From contig CBDFJF010000002.1 of assembly GCA_965248265.1 (NCBI GenBank), forward strand, positions 4,077,829-4,141,828: a stretch of DNA of 64,000 bases, written 5' to 3'. The position numbers were made by a program, and so were the translations under genes. Shown in pieces: positions 9,434-19,139 of this stretch. How positions within the stretch are numbered: position 1 is the stretch's first letter; the number at the start of each line of letters is the position of its first letter. The stretch is from Candidatus Latescibacterota bacterium. Its GTDB lineage: Bacteria; Latescibacterota; UBA2968; UBA8231. Below the pieces are notes generated by a model. That model saw only the letters and a list, made by a program, of their open reading frames with translations. It was not told the DNA's origin and did not search any database.

Positions 9434-9955
9434 TCAGCCCGAGCGTGAATCCATGCGTGTCAGTCCCTGGAGAATCCAATACACGACCAGACCGATCAAA
9501 GCGCCACTGAGCAATCCCCCCACGAGGAACAGTGGCAGCAGCGAAAACAGACCTGGCTGATCGATGTAGACGTAAGCCAACAACAGCTGAACGCCCTGAT
9601 GCGTCACAGCTCCCATGATACTGATGCCGATCGGACTGAACAGCCACCCCGGGGCGTGTCGGGCGAGGCCCATAATGCTCAGACTGGCCATGCCTGCGCC
9701 AGCACTGATCACGAAGGCAGGGCCGGCCAAGCTTCCAGTGAGCAGACCTCCGACCACGATCTTGATGCTGGCAACCACGAAAGCCTGGCGAACACCAAAC
9801 AGCATCAGGGCCAACAACACCGCCCCGTTACCTAGACCCAACTTCATCCACGGCAGAGGTCGAGGTACGGCCGCCTCGATCACGAACAGGACAAGGGCTG
9901 TTCCCGCCACCAACGCCAGTCTGGCCAGACCAGATGTGCTGCTGGGACCGGTCAC
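9434..9955 (-). CDS. Gx transporter family / 'heptaprenyl diphosphate synthase component I'-like membrane protein
   Basis: IEAAVPRPLPWMKLGLGN...GSLAGPAFVISAGAG...FSPIGISIMGAVTHQGVQL are characteristic motifs. Confidence 0.85.
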   Translation of the reverse strand: MTGPSSTSGLARLALVAGTALVLFVIEAAVPRPLPWMKLGLGNGAVLLALMLFGVRQAFVVASIKIVVGGLLTGSLAGPAFVISAGAGMASLSIMGLARHAPGWLFSPIGISIMGAVTHQGVQLLLAYVYIDQPGLFSLLPLFLVGGLLSGALIGLVVYWILQGLTRMDSRSG

Positions 9956-10344
9956 TGAGTGACCGCATCCAGGTCAGGATTGGAACCGTCCACCCCCACA
10001 AGGCGTAGGATCACGCGATTGGGAAGACAGACGGCAAGCTCGCCCGCGTCGTGCATCCATCCTGTGTTCACGCAGATCTGGTGGCGGCAAGGCGACGACA
10101 CGATCCTGGCCGCCGACGGTCCGATCTCGACTACCGTTACACCCAGTGGGCCGGCGTACTCAATTTTCTGTGGGCTAGTGAGTGTGTAGGGTCCGTCTGA
10201 TCCCGCGGTGCTTTCGATGAGTGCTGCCCCCGCGGAGACGGAACCACCATCCGGAATGGCCAGTATCAACGTCGTCAAACCGACAGCGCCGATGACGATC
10301 CCGTCGCCTATTTTCAGTATGCCCATGGCCTGTCGGTGCCGCAT
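9952..10344 (-). CDS. NusG domain II-containing (Lin0431/DUF1312-like) membrane-anchored protein
   Basis: GPLGVTVVEI...RIVSSPCRHQICVNTGW...LAVCLPNRVIL Cys pattern; N-terminal TM; AAGGAGG RBS before the ATG at 10344; 4-nt overlap with the next gene. Confidence 0.85.
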   Translation of the reverse strand: MRHRQAMGILKIGDGIVIGAVGLTTLILAIPDGGSVSAGAALIESTAGSDGPYTLTSPQKIEYAGPLGVTVVEIGPSAARIVSSPCRHQICVNTGWMHDAGELAVCLPNRVILRLVGVDGSNPDLDAVTQ

Positions 10345-10464
10345 CTGTCCCTCCTTGACATGCGCTTGAGGGATGGCTAAGATTCGAACCTGCTGCAAAC
10401 GCTACAATTTAGCAGTAGAAGCGGATCGGCACTATCACCGACAGGTCCCCACGCGGGAACGCAC

Positions 10465-10803
10465 ATGTACTGGTGGATAATAACCGTCGTCTGTATTTGC
10501 GGCGCCTTGCTGATACAGTACTTGTGTTCGAGTAAAATCCTGCGCATGAAGCAGGCCATCTCGATCAAGAGCATGGCTCTGCGCGATGTGCGCGCGGAAG
10601 GTTCCCGCCTCGAGGAACAGGAACAGGAACTGAAGAATCAGCAGACCAGCCTGACGCATGGCATCAACCGGCTCCGAGGCGATCTCAAGTCGTTGATGCC
10701 CAGGTTGAAGGAGATGGAAATAGACATTCCCGACCCTGATTTTCCATTGAGTGAACTCGAAGACGACGCTCAGCCTGAGGCTGAGGCTGAGGCTGAAAGC
10801 TAA
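10465..10803 (+). CDS. Hypothetical membrane-anchored coiled-coil protein
   Basis: N-terminal hydrophobic helix, heptad-like middle, acidic tail; sits in a gene-sized gap. Confidence 0.65.
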   Translation: MYWWIITVVCICGALLIQYLCSSKILRMKQAISIKSMALRDVRAEGSRLEEQEQELKNQQTSLTHGINRLRGDLKSLMPRLKEMEIDIPDPDFPLSELEDDAQPEAEAEAES

Positions 10804-10973
10804 ACCTGCCTACGCCTGTCCCTGACCCATTCCACAGCTGTTCGTATCGCTCACCGCCGTACCTGCATATCCTATTGACCTACACAGCCCCGTAAATCGA
10901 CTCATCCCAGCCTGTTGAGTATATTGGTTGAGAAGCAAGCGTCATGTTCTTCTCGTGAAAGGACTTATTCCGC

Positions 10974-13235
10974 TTGACCGATCCGGCAGCCCTGCCTTTC
11001 CCGCCCCCCTCTGGTGAGGAGCCACCCGCGGATCCAGATCAAACCCCTGTCCGGGGGGTCTCCGACACGTCCGGCAGTCTCGACGAACTGCTGGAGCAAG
11101 CCTCGAACCATCTACAACTGCAGATGCTCCTCATCGAGGTCGCCTCCAGCAACGAGCAGGCTGACTTCGATCTCATCGCCCGAGCCTATTACTTCGCCCA
11201 CGCGCATCATGATGGGCAAACGCGCAAGTCTGGCCAACCCTTCATGCAGCACTGCGTCGAGGTGGCGCGGATTCTTGCCCAACTGAGGCTGGATTCCACT
11301 ACCGTAGCGGCCGGCCTGCTCCACGACGTCCTCGAGGACACGCCAGTGAGCCTCGAGGAAGTCGCCGCCGAATTCGGTCCAAAGATCGCTGCTCTCACCG
11401 ATGGCGTGACCAAAATAGAGCGATTCCGCTACGAGAGCCGTGAAGCTCGTCAGGCTGAGACCTACCGCAAAATGCTGCTGTCAATGGTCGAGGATATTCG
11501 CGTGATCCTGGTGAAGTTCGCCGACCGCCTGCACAACATGCGAACCCTCGAACACATGGACTCAGAGCAGCAAAAACGCACGGCTCTCGAGACCGCCGAA
11601 GTGTACGCCCCCCTCGCTCACCGGTTAGGCCTGGCGCGCATCCGTTGGGAGCTGGAGGACCGCAGCCTGAAGTACATGGATCCCGATATGTATCGAGAGA
11701 TTCGCGACAAGGTCTCGATGAAGCGAGAACAGAGAGAGGCCTATATCCATGACTTCAAAGCGCCGATCGAGGCGGAGCTGGCACGCAGTTCGATTGAAGC
11801 CGAGATCATGGGGCGCCCGAAGAATTTTTTCAGCATTTACAACAAGATGAAGTCGAGGGGAAAACCGTTCGATGAGATCTATGACCTGTTGGCGGTGCGA
11901 GTCATCGTCGATTCGGCCAGAGAGTGCTATCACACTCTGGGTTTGATCCACACGATCTATCACCCGATCCCCGACCGCTTCAAAGACTATCTGGCAACAC
12001 CGAAGACGAACATGTATCAGTCGCTGCACACTGCCGTCATCGGACCGCGGGGGTTACCGGTGGAAGTCCAGATTCGCACCCGCGAAATGCACCACACAGC
12101 CGAATTCGGCATTGCCGCCCACTGGCGGTACAAGAGCGGCCTTTCGAAGAAGGGTCTCGACTTCGAAAACCAGATCAACTGGCTGCGACAGGTCCTCGAC
12201 TGGCAGCGGGACGCCACCGACCCCGTCGAGTTCATGGAGAATCTGAAGATCGAGTTATTTCAGGACGAGATCTTCATCTTTACGCCCAAAGGGGATCTGC
12301 ACCAGCTGCCCGGTGGTGCCACGCCGATCGATTTTGCCTTCGCCATCCATACCGATATCGGCCTCCACTGCTTGACGGCGAAGGTCAACGGACAAGTCGT
12401 ACCGTTGAGTACGGAACTCAGCAGCGGAGACAATGTGCAGATCATCACCTCGCCCCACCAAAAGCCCAGTCAATCCTGGCTCGAAATGGTGAAGACGGGC
12501 AAGGCCCGGCAGGCAATTCATCGTTGGTTGCGAGAGGAGCAATACGCCCATAGCGTTCGCCTGGGACAGGAAATCCTGGAGCGTGAACTCAGAAAATACA
12601 GGCACCGGATAAAGAGCGATGCCCTGGAGGGGTTGGCGGAGGAGTTCGGCCTTACCGACAGCGAGCATCTTTACGCCCGTATCGGCAGTGGTGATCTGTC
12701 CGTCGGCCGCGTGGTCAGTCAGCTGTTTCCGGAGAAGCCGAAACGACGGCTGCGGTTTCCGCTGTTGCGCGATCGTCGTGGGATCCGTATTCAGGGCATT
12801 GACCACCTGATGATACACTTCGGCAAGTGTTGCACGCCCATCCCAGGTGATCCGGTCATCGGACTGATTACCCGAGGTCGGGGCATTTCAGTACACCGGA
12901 CCGATTGCCCCAACATCGGCGACATCGCCGAGGATCCGGATCGCATCGCATCGGTGGAATGGGATATCGAAGAAGAGCAGGCGTTCACCGTTCAGCTACA
13001 GGTCAAGGGAACGGATCGCAAATACCTGCTTTCGGACGTGGCCCGGGCCATTTCAGACGCGGGAGCTAATATCCAGAGCTCTGCTGCCCGCACGACGCAG
13101 AACACGGCAGAGGAAACCTTCTGGGTCGACATCAAAGACACCCGTCAGCTACAGACCTTGATGCGCGGCCTCTCGAATGTCGAAGGTGTAACCGATGTCC
13201 GGCGCGTGGACGACCCACAACCCGTCTCCAGCTGA
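10974..13235 (+). CDS. relA: Bifunctional (p)ppGpp synthetase/hydrolase (long RSH)
   Basis: HDGQTRKSG, LLHDVLEDT (intact HD), KFADRLHNMRTL, RFKDY, YQSLHT, EVQIRT; TGS (FTPKG...TPIDFAFAIHT); CCTPIPGD; ACT domain. Confidence 0.95.
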   Translation: MTDPAALPFPPPSGEEPPADPDQTPVRGVSDTSGSLDELLEQASNHLQLQMLLIEVASSNEQADFDLIARAYYFAHAHHDGQTRKSGQPFMQHCVEVARILAQLRLDSTTVAAGLLHDVLEDTPVSLEEVAAEFGPKIAALTDGVTKIERFRYESREARQAETYRKMLLSMVEDIRVILVKFADRLHNMRTLEHMDSEQQKRTALETAEVYAPLAHRLGLARIRWELEDRSLKYMDPDMYREIRDKVSMKREQREAYIHDFKAPIEAELARSSIEAEIMGRPKNFFSIYNKMKSRGKPFDEIYDLLAVRVIVDSARECYHTLGLIHTIYHPIPDRFKDYLATPKTNMYQSLHTAVIGPRGLPVEVQIRTREMHHTAEFGIAAHWRYKSGLSKKGLDFENQINWLRQVLDWQRDATDPVEFMENLKIELFQDEIFIFTPKGDLHQLPGGATPIDFAFAIHTDIGLHCLTAKVNGQVVPLSTELSSGDNVQIITSPHQKPSQSWLEMVKTGKARQAIHRWLREEQYAHSVRLGQEILERELRKYRHRIKSDALEGLAEEFGLTDSEHLYARIGSGDLSVGRVVSQLFPEKPKRRLRFPLLRDRRGIRIQGIDHLMIHFGKCCTPIPGDPVIGLITRGRGISVHRTDCPNIGDIAEDPDRIASVEWDIEEEQAFTVQLQVKGTDRKYLLSDVARAISDAGANIQSSAARTTQNTAEETFWVDIKDTRQLQTLMRGLSNVEGVTDVRRVDDPQPVSS

Positions 13236-13239
13236 TCAC

Positions 13240-13509
13240 CTATCGTTCACCTGCAGCCGCGCGGCGAAGAGTTGCGAGAATCGCCTCTTCCTCAGGGGTC
13301 ATGATGTCACCTCCGCCATAGTGGCCACCGACCTGCTCTTCGACCCATCCCAGGACGATCCTGATCTGCAGAACGCTTAGTTCCAGTGGCTGATTGGCGC
13401 TCAGGGCGTTCTGGAGTTTCCTCTGGACCCTTTTCTCGTCGGGCCAGAAGAACTCCTCCTTCCATTGGAGAATGAGCTCGATCTGTCTCGAAGTGAGCGA
13501 CACCTTCAC
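13240..13509 (-). CDS. Small hypothetical protein with an internal repeat
   Basis: Fills the gap between rel and hisC; repeat LTSRQIELILQWKEE / LSVLQIRIVLGWVEE; start uncertain (GTG 13509 chosen). Confidence 0.55.
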   Translation of the reverse strand: MKVSLTSRQIELILQWKEEFFWPDEKRVQRKLQNALSANQPLELSVLQIRIVLGWVEEQVGGHYGGGDIMTPEEEAILATLRRAAAGER

Positions 13510-13611
13510 TTTATAGTCCGTTCGCTGAATTGACACAGTGTGGGTGTGATCAGATTGTTTGAACCACGATCTGATCGTTAGTGCTATTCCCACTCAACTT
13601 CAAGGTAGTCC

Positions 13612-14679
13612 ATGCAGGAAACTGAACAACCACTCTTCCTTCTGCCCCACATCGCGCGCATGACGGGGTACGTTCCTGGTGAACAGCCAAAAGACCGAAC
13701 CTTCGTCAAGCTCAATACGAACGAGAACCCGTACCCGCCTTCCGCGCTGGTACTGCAGCGGTTGAGAGAGGCCTGTGATGACAACTTGAGACGATACCCC
13801 GACGCCGATGCCTCTGATGTAACTCGAAGATTGGGTGAGTTGTTCTCCCTGCCGGTAGATCAGATTCTGATTGGCAACGGCTCGGACGAGCTGCTCAATA
13901 CGGCGATGCGATGCTTCATCGGCCCCGGAGACACAGTCGTCTACCCGACGCCGACCTACCCGTACTACGCCAAACTCGTCGAACTCCAGAATGCGACGTC
14001 CGCCACCATCGACTTCGATGATTCGTTCGACCTTCCCGAAGGGCTGGCTGCCGCAGCCGGCAAGCTGACCCTGGTAGCCAACCCGAATTCACCCTCAGGA
14101 ACCCTGGTCCCAACTGAAAAGTTGGCGGACCTGGCCGCGGCCGTTCAGGGTATGCTGCTGATCGACGAGGCCTACGTGGACTTCAGTGACGGAGGATGTC
14201 TCCAGCTGGTCGAACACTGCCCCAACGTCATCGTCGTGCGCACGATGTCCAAATCCTTCTCGCTCGCCGGAATGCGCATCGGCTTTTGTTTCGCCTCACC
14301 TGAGGTAACCGCCGGAATGCGCAAAGTAAAGGAGCATTACAACGTCGGCTCCCTGGCCCAGGTAGCTGCCGCGGCGGCCCTGGACGACGTGCAGACGATG
14401 CATGCCAATGCCGATCGCATTCGCAGAACTCGGTCACGTCTGACTGAAGCGTTGGGCGAACTCGGCTTTCACGTGTGGAGGTCTGCCGCGAATTTCGTCC
14501 TGGCCCGCTTGCCGGGTGCGGCAGCCGCTGAGCTGTACGCCCAATTGAGAGACCGAGGCGTGCTCGTGCGTTTCTTCGGGGAACCGAGGTTGCGAGACTG
14601 TCTGCGAATTTCGGTGGGCACGGACGAGGAGACGGACCTACTGCTTACTGAACTAAGCGATGCGTTGCGGACCGACTGA
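13612..14679 (+). CDS. hisC: Histidinol-phosphate aminotransferase
   Basis: YVPGEQP, KLNTNENPYPP, GNGSDE, NPNSPSG, DEAYVDF, RTMSKSFSLAGMRIG, LRISVGT. Confidence 0.95.
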   Translation: MQETEQPLFLLPHIARMTGYVPGEQPKDRTFVKLNTNENPYPPSALVLQRLREACDDNLRRYPDADASDVTRRLGELFSLPVDQILIGNGSDELLNTAMRCFIGPGDTVVYPTPTYPYYAKLVELQNATSATIDFDDSFDLPEGLAAAAGKLTLVANPNSPSGTLVPTEKLADLAAAVQGMLLIDEAYVDFSDGGCLQLVEHCPNVIVVRTMSKSFSLAGMRIGFCFASPEVTAGMRKVKEHYNVGSLAQVAAAAALDDVQTMHANADRIRRTRSRLTEALGELGFHVWRSAANFVLARLPGAAAAELYAQLRDRGVLVRFFGEPRLRDCLRISVGTDEETDLLLTELSDALRTD

Positions 14680-14720
14680 CGCCATCGCTCGGTCGCTCGA
14701 TCGCTCGATCGCCCTTCACT

Positions 14721-15263
14721 TCAACGCGAGCTACTGCGAGTTAACTCCCCCATCCTCTTGAGCACCTCAACTTCGGCGACCCCAAGATCAACCATGCGGG
14801 CCACCTCATCCGTCGAAATCCCCTTGCTCAACAGCTGCCGCGCGTGCTCGTAGATCTCGTGCTGGCGAGCGCCGCTGGCTGGGTCCCTGCCGGGTTTGGC
14901 TGCAATCCCCCCACCCCCTCCGCGGGACGTGGCCGAACCGTCAGAGGTTCGAGAGCCTTCATCGGACATGGCACTGCCCGTGATCCCGGATGAGGCCGCA
15001 TCATCCATGAGCGGGGAGAGGAACGATCGCGACCCACGACTTCGCGGGTCTGCTGCGGTCAGGGTGCGGCAGGCTCCCTGTAAACGCTCCTGGATCTGTG
15101 TCAGCTGTTTCAGATTCGCGTCCAGCGTATCGAATCGGCGGTCCATTCTGTGAGTCTGGACCCGCAACCATGACCGAAACCACATCAGGATGGCCAGGGC
15201 GACCGCCAGGAAAAGGATGTCGACGATGACGAGCTGTACGTGTTGTGATGATAGGTCAATCAT
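14721..15263 (-). CDS. Membrane-anchored protein with C-terminal HTH-like domain (DUF2802-like, flagellar-cluster associated)
   Basis: N-terminal TM, coiled coil, C-terminal IYEHARQLLSKGISTDEVARMVDLGVAEVEVL. Confidence 0.6.
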   Translation of the reverse strand: MIDLSSQHVQLVIVDILFLAVALAILMWFRSWLRVQTHRMDRRFDTLDANLKQLTQIQERLQGACRTLTAADPRSRGSRSFLSPLMDDAASSGITGSAMSDEGSRTSDGSATSRGGGGGIAAKPGRDPASGARQHEIYEHARQLLSKGISTDEVARMVDLGVAEVEVLKRMGELTRSSSR

Positions 15264-15469
15264 GAGAATAAGAGATGTGTCCTTGGAATGGTATGAGGTC
15301 TAGTGCCCTGTTACGGAAGTAGGCTTGTGAAATGAGGGCGCCGAGTCGCCCGGCCTGCAAGGCGCGCGAGTGAGGTATATCAGTGGGATATGCCGATTGA
15401 GCGAAACGCAGCAGGTCGGGATGAATCGGCGGTCGAATACAAGAGTACTTTCGTGACAGGGCACTTAGG

Positions 15470-17047
15470 TTAACCATCGACATGCAGGGGCTCATCGCGG
15501 TTGCTCTCTTGTTCGACATCGATTAGGTCGCCTTCCGAGGCGGACACGTTTGCTGACTCGGGTGCACTCTCGGACGTGGGCGGAGGAACAGGTAGACGAA
15601 TGACAAACGTAGCCCCCTGTTCAGACTCGCTACTGACACTCAAGCTCCCCTTGTGCATCTCCACTATACTGTAGCTGACCGCCAGTCCGAGTCCTGTGCC
15701 TCCTTGATCAGCCCGGGTCGTAAAAAAGGGTTCGAAGAGCCGGTCCTCGTGTTCGGGCGGAATGCCTTGCCCCGAATCGGCGAAACGCAATTCGACCTGC
15801 TCACCGTCCACCCGTGCCGTGATCGTCAGATTTCCACCTTTGGGCATCGCGTTTTGGGCGTTGAGCATCAGATTGATGAATACCTGCTCCAGCTCACCGA
15901 CGTTACCCAGCAGCGCCGGCATATCTTCTGGAATCTGAATTTCGACCTCGATGGACTGGGCGTCGAGCTGGTGCTTGACGAGAGCAATGGCCTGTTGAAT
16001 GGCTTGGTTCAGATCGAATCGGGACCACTCGGCGTCGGCCTTGTTGTGGCCCGCGAATCCGAGCAACGCCCGGATGATCTTGGAAATCCGTCGCACGTTG
16101 CTCTCGATCAATCTCAACCCCTTGATGACCGGTTCGGCGTCCGCGTTTTGGGCGATCATCAGTTGTACCCGGCTGAGAATGATCTGCAGCGGATTGTTGA
16201 CTTCGTGCGCAACTCCACCTGCCAACTCACCGATCGCCGCCTGTTTGGCAGAAATCAGCACTTGCTGCTGAGATTCGACGAGTTGGTCGTGCGTTGATTC
16301 AAGATCGGAGTAGTGGCGCGAGTTGGATACGGCGGCGGCTGTCTGGTTGGCCAAAACATCGAGCAGTTGCACCTGGCCCAGCGTGAAATCGTCCTTTTCA
16401 CGAGCACAGTGCAAAATGAAGATTCCGACCTCCTTGCCACCGACGATGAGCGGGATCATGACGAAACAATGGGGATCTGACGATTCTCGTGAGAGCGCAT
16501 CGATGTCATCGATAACCACCGGCCGGCGCTCCCGCATCACCCAATCGATGATGCCGTCTTCCCAATGGGACTGTACGCGCGCCTGTAGCGCGGGAACATC
16601 CATGCCACGGCTTGCCACGACCTCGAGTTTATTGCCCTCCTCCTCCAGAACGAAGACTCCGCAGGTCTCGTATGGCACGAAACGATTGGAGAGGTCCATC
16701 AGGGCGTCGAGTATATCCTCGATCCTGAAACTCGTGCTGATGGTCTCCGACAACTGGTGCAAATTGAGCAACTCGTTCATCGACTCACGCAGCTGCTCGT
16801 ACTGCTCGTGCCCCCGAGTCAGGCGGTCCTGAAGTTGACGATTCTCCTGCTCCAGGGCCTTCACGCGGATGGAATGCTCTTTCGCCGCTTCTTCCACCCC
16901 TTCGAGATGAACGCCCAGCTCCCAACCCACATCCTCGGGGCCGCTTTCTTTGACCAGGTCTGCGAGCTCACGCAGCCGGTCCAGGGACAGCGATCCTGCA
17001 TCTTGAGGCTCTGGTGACGTGCCTTGATCGCCAGCCTCTTTCGTCAC
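15470..17047 (-). CDS. Cytoplasmic GAF-domain sensor histidine kinase
   Basis: Coiled coil then GAF; H-box GELAGGVAHEVNNPL, N-box EQVFINLMLNA, G1 DSGQGI, F-box FEPFFTT, G2 GTGLGL; no TM seen. Confidence 0.92.
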   Translation of the reverse strand: MTKEAGDQGTSPEPQDAGSLSLDRLRELADLVKESGPEDVGWELGVHLEGVEEAAKEHSIRVKALEQENRQLQDRLTRGHEQYEQLRESMNELLNLHQLSETISTSFRIEDILDALMDLSNRFVPYETCGVFVLEEEGNKLEVVASRGMDVPALQARVQSHWEDGIIDWVMRERRPVVIDDIDALSRESSDPHCFVMIPLIVGGKEVGIFILHCAREKDDFTLGQVQLLDVLANQTAAAVSNSRHYSDLESTHDQLVESQQQVLISAKQAAIGELAGGVAHEVNNPLQIILSRVQLMIAQNADAEPVIKGLRLIESNVRRISKIIRALLGFAGHNKADAEWSRFDLNQAIQQAIALVKHQLDAQSIEVEIQIPEDMPALLGNVGELEQVFINLMLNAQNAMPKGGNLTITARVDGEQVELRFADSGQGIPPEHEDRLFEPFFTTRADQGGTGLGLAVSYSIVEMHKGSLSVSSESEQGATFVIRLPVPPPTSESAPESANVSASEGDLIDVEQESNRDEPLHVDG

Positions 17048-17066
17048 TCTGCCTTCCCTTCCCCTG

Positions 17067-18131
17067 TCACGGATGGGGCTCCGCGGGTGCCGTTAATTCG
17101 CCGTCGCTATCCGTCGCTTCGATCTCCACTTCGTCGACGCGATCAGGACCATCGGCTGAAAGCGCCTCCAGTGGCTGACCCGCCGGTGTCTGAGAGTCGG
17201 TCTTCCCGTCGGCATCGGCCTCCGTTTCTTCCTCACCGCCTCGAGCGATAGAAGAGAAGGCCTCAGCACTTTCCATGGCCGCACGCAACTCGTCTCCGTA
17301 CCCGAATATTCGCTTGATCGCTATTTTCGGATCCTCGTGAATACCGAAGGTGCGCAGAGCAGCCGGATCCAGACTCGGAAAGCGCTCACCCCCGGCGTCG
17401 CCGATCCGCTCTCTGCGACACAGAAAATCAGCGAGGTGAATCAGTGACGGCAGCTCGTTGCGCCCCGGAGCCGCGCGACCAGGGGCGTGGTGAAATTTGA
17501 TGGCATCTTCAAGCTGGTCGGGTAGATTCCAGCGCTGGGCCAACCACCCCCCGACGTCGGCGTGAGTGACTCCGAGGACTTCCTCTTCCGCCTTGCCAAT
17601 GTAGAGATCCTTTTCTTCGACCAGTTCGATGATTTGCTTGAAATCGACCGGGAAATACTGGCTCAAGATCAACTTGCCGATGTCGTGCAGTATTCCCGCC
17701 GCGAAGGCCTCGCCTCGCCCGGAAACGCGGTACCGCAGTTTTTCGGCGAGCAGTTTGGCGGCCACACCGCAGGCGATGGAGTGCTCCCAGAACTTCTGTC
17801 GATCGAAGTGACTGCTGTCTCCGCCGCTTGAAAAACGCTCGAGCACGGATACGCTGAGCCCGAGATTCTTGACTGTTTCGAAGCCGAGAACGACGACGGC
17901 GAGGTCGACGGTGGCGATCTCGCGCGGAAAACCGTAGAAGGCGGAGTTCGCCAGCTTGAGGATCTTGGCGGTGAGTGCCTGATCGGCGGAGATCAGCTGG
18001 GCGACATTGCGAGCGGAGGTTTTCGGGTTGTCAATCAGGCCGATCAACTGGGTGACGACGGCAGGCAGCGTCGGCAGTCCGATGATACTCTGAGTGACCT
18101 TCTTGAGGCGTTGTTGCTTGTCCTCATCCAC
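17067..18131 (-). CDS. HDOD domain protein
   Basis: LPTLPAVV, DQALTAKILKLANSAFYG, FWEHSIACG, AGILHDIGKL, THADVGGWLAQRWNLP...HH. Confidence 0.93.
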   Translation of the reverse strand: MDEDKQQRLKKVTQSIIGLPTLPAVVTQLIGLIDNPKTSARNVAQLISADQALTAKILKLANSAFYGFPREIATVDLAVVVLGFETVKNLGLSVSVLERFSSGGDSSHFDRQKFWEHSIACGVAAKLLAEKLRYRVSGRGEAFAAGILHDIGKLILSQYFPVDFKQIIELVEEKDLYIGKAEEEVLGVTHADVGGWLAQRWNLPDQLEDAIKFHHAPGRAAPGRNELPSLIHLADFLCRRERIGDAGGERFPSLDPAALRTFGIHEDPKIAIKRIFGYGDELRAAMESAEAFSSIARGGEEETEADADGKTDSQTPAGQPLEALSADGPDRVDEVEIEATDSDGELTAPAEPHP

Positions 18132-18218
18132 GTCGATGGCGACTCCCGCGTACTGGCGGCAGATAGATGGAGGCTTGCCCTGAATCTGTGTAGACGGCGG
18201 GAGGAGCGGGACCCAGCC

Positions 18219-18995
18219 TCAAGCCATGAAGCGCTTCCTCAACTTCACTCGCAGGCTCAATACCGCCTTGGTGTGAAGTTGGGAAACTCTGGATTCGGAA
18301 AGCTCGAGGACCTGGCCGATCTCTTTCAGGGTCAGCTCTTCGTAGTAGTAGAGCGCCACCACGAGGCGTTCCTGTTCGGTCAACTCACCCAGGGAATCGG
18401 CGAGAAGATTGCGCAGTTCCTCACCCTCCAGCTTGCTCAGGGCCGTCGACGGATCAGGAGACCGCAGGGTATCGACTAAGGGAACGGGTTTGTCGTCGTC
18501 ATCACCGTGAGTGATCTCGTCGAGCGAAAGCAGCGAAGTTGAACGGACGTCTTCGATCATCGTGTAATAGTCATCCATGCCCACACCCAACCCCTCTGCC
18601 AACTCGACTTCGGTCGGACTCCGGCCCAAAGCGTTTTCCAGGCGTGAAATCACCCTCTCGATCTCACGTGAGCGAGCACGCGTGGAACGCGGTACCCAAT
18701 CCATGCCGCGCAACTCATCGAGGATGGAACCACGAACGCGCAGGGAGGCATAGGTCTCGAACTTCACCCCTTTGCCTGTATCAAAGTTGTGATAGGCCTC
18801 GATAAGTCCGACCACGCCCGCGTTGATGAGATCATCCATCTCGACTGAACGAGGAAGCCCGATGGCCAGCCGCCCAGCAATGTACTTGACCAGCGGCAGG
18901 TAATCCTCGAGAGGGCCTCGCTCATTCTTGGCTGACCCCAGCTCCTGTTTGCCGTACTCGCGGCTCGCTTTTTGTGGTGTGCTCTTGGCGCTCAC
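18219..18995 (-). CDS. fliA: Flagellar sigma factor sigma-28 (FliA/WhiG)
   Basis: DDLINAGVVGLIEA, FETYASLRVRGSILDELRGMDWVPRS, LYYYEELTLKEIGQVLELSESRVSQLH. Confidence 0.96.
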   Translation of the reverse strand: MSAKSTPQKASREYGKQELGSAKNERGPLEDYLPLVKYIAGRLAIGLPRSVEMDDLINAGVVGLIEAYHNFDTGKGVKFETYASLRVRGSILDELRGMDWVPRSTRARSREIERVISRLENALGRSPTEVELAEGLGVGMDDYYTMIEDVRSTSLLSLDEITHGDDDDKPVPLVDTLRSPDPSTALSKLEGEELRNLLADSLGELTEQERLVVALYYYEELTLKEIGQVLELSESRVSQLHTKAVLSLRVKLRKRFMA

Positions 18996-19139
18996 GTGTG
19001 TGGGACCTGAATTTTGGGTTACGCAGACGAATGCTGGGACGGGTAATACCGCCCGAGATTACCACTGACGGCAGGGATATCCGAATATAACTCACATCGC
19101 TGTTTTTCGCTCTGAAACTCGCCAGCTCCTCCGGTCACG

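Noticed and set aside
10355-10430. tRNA suggested by GGTTCGAATC on the minus strand
   Set aside because: The flanks do not form a T-stem, acceptor stem or cloverleaf.
14684-14711. 8-bp tandem (ATCGCTCG) between convergent genes
   Set aside because: A short microsatellite-like tract with no supportable function.
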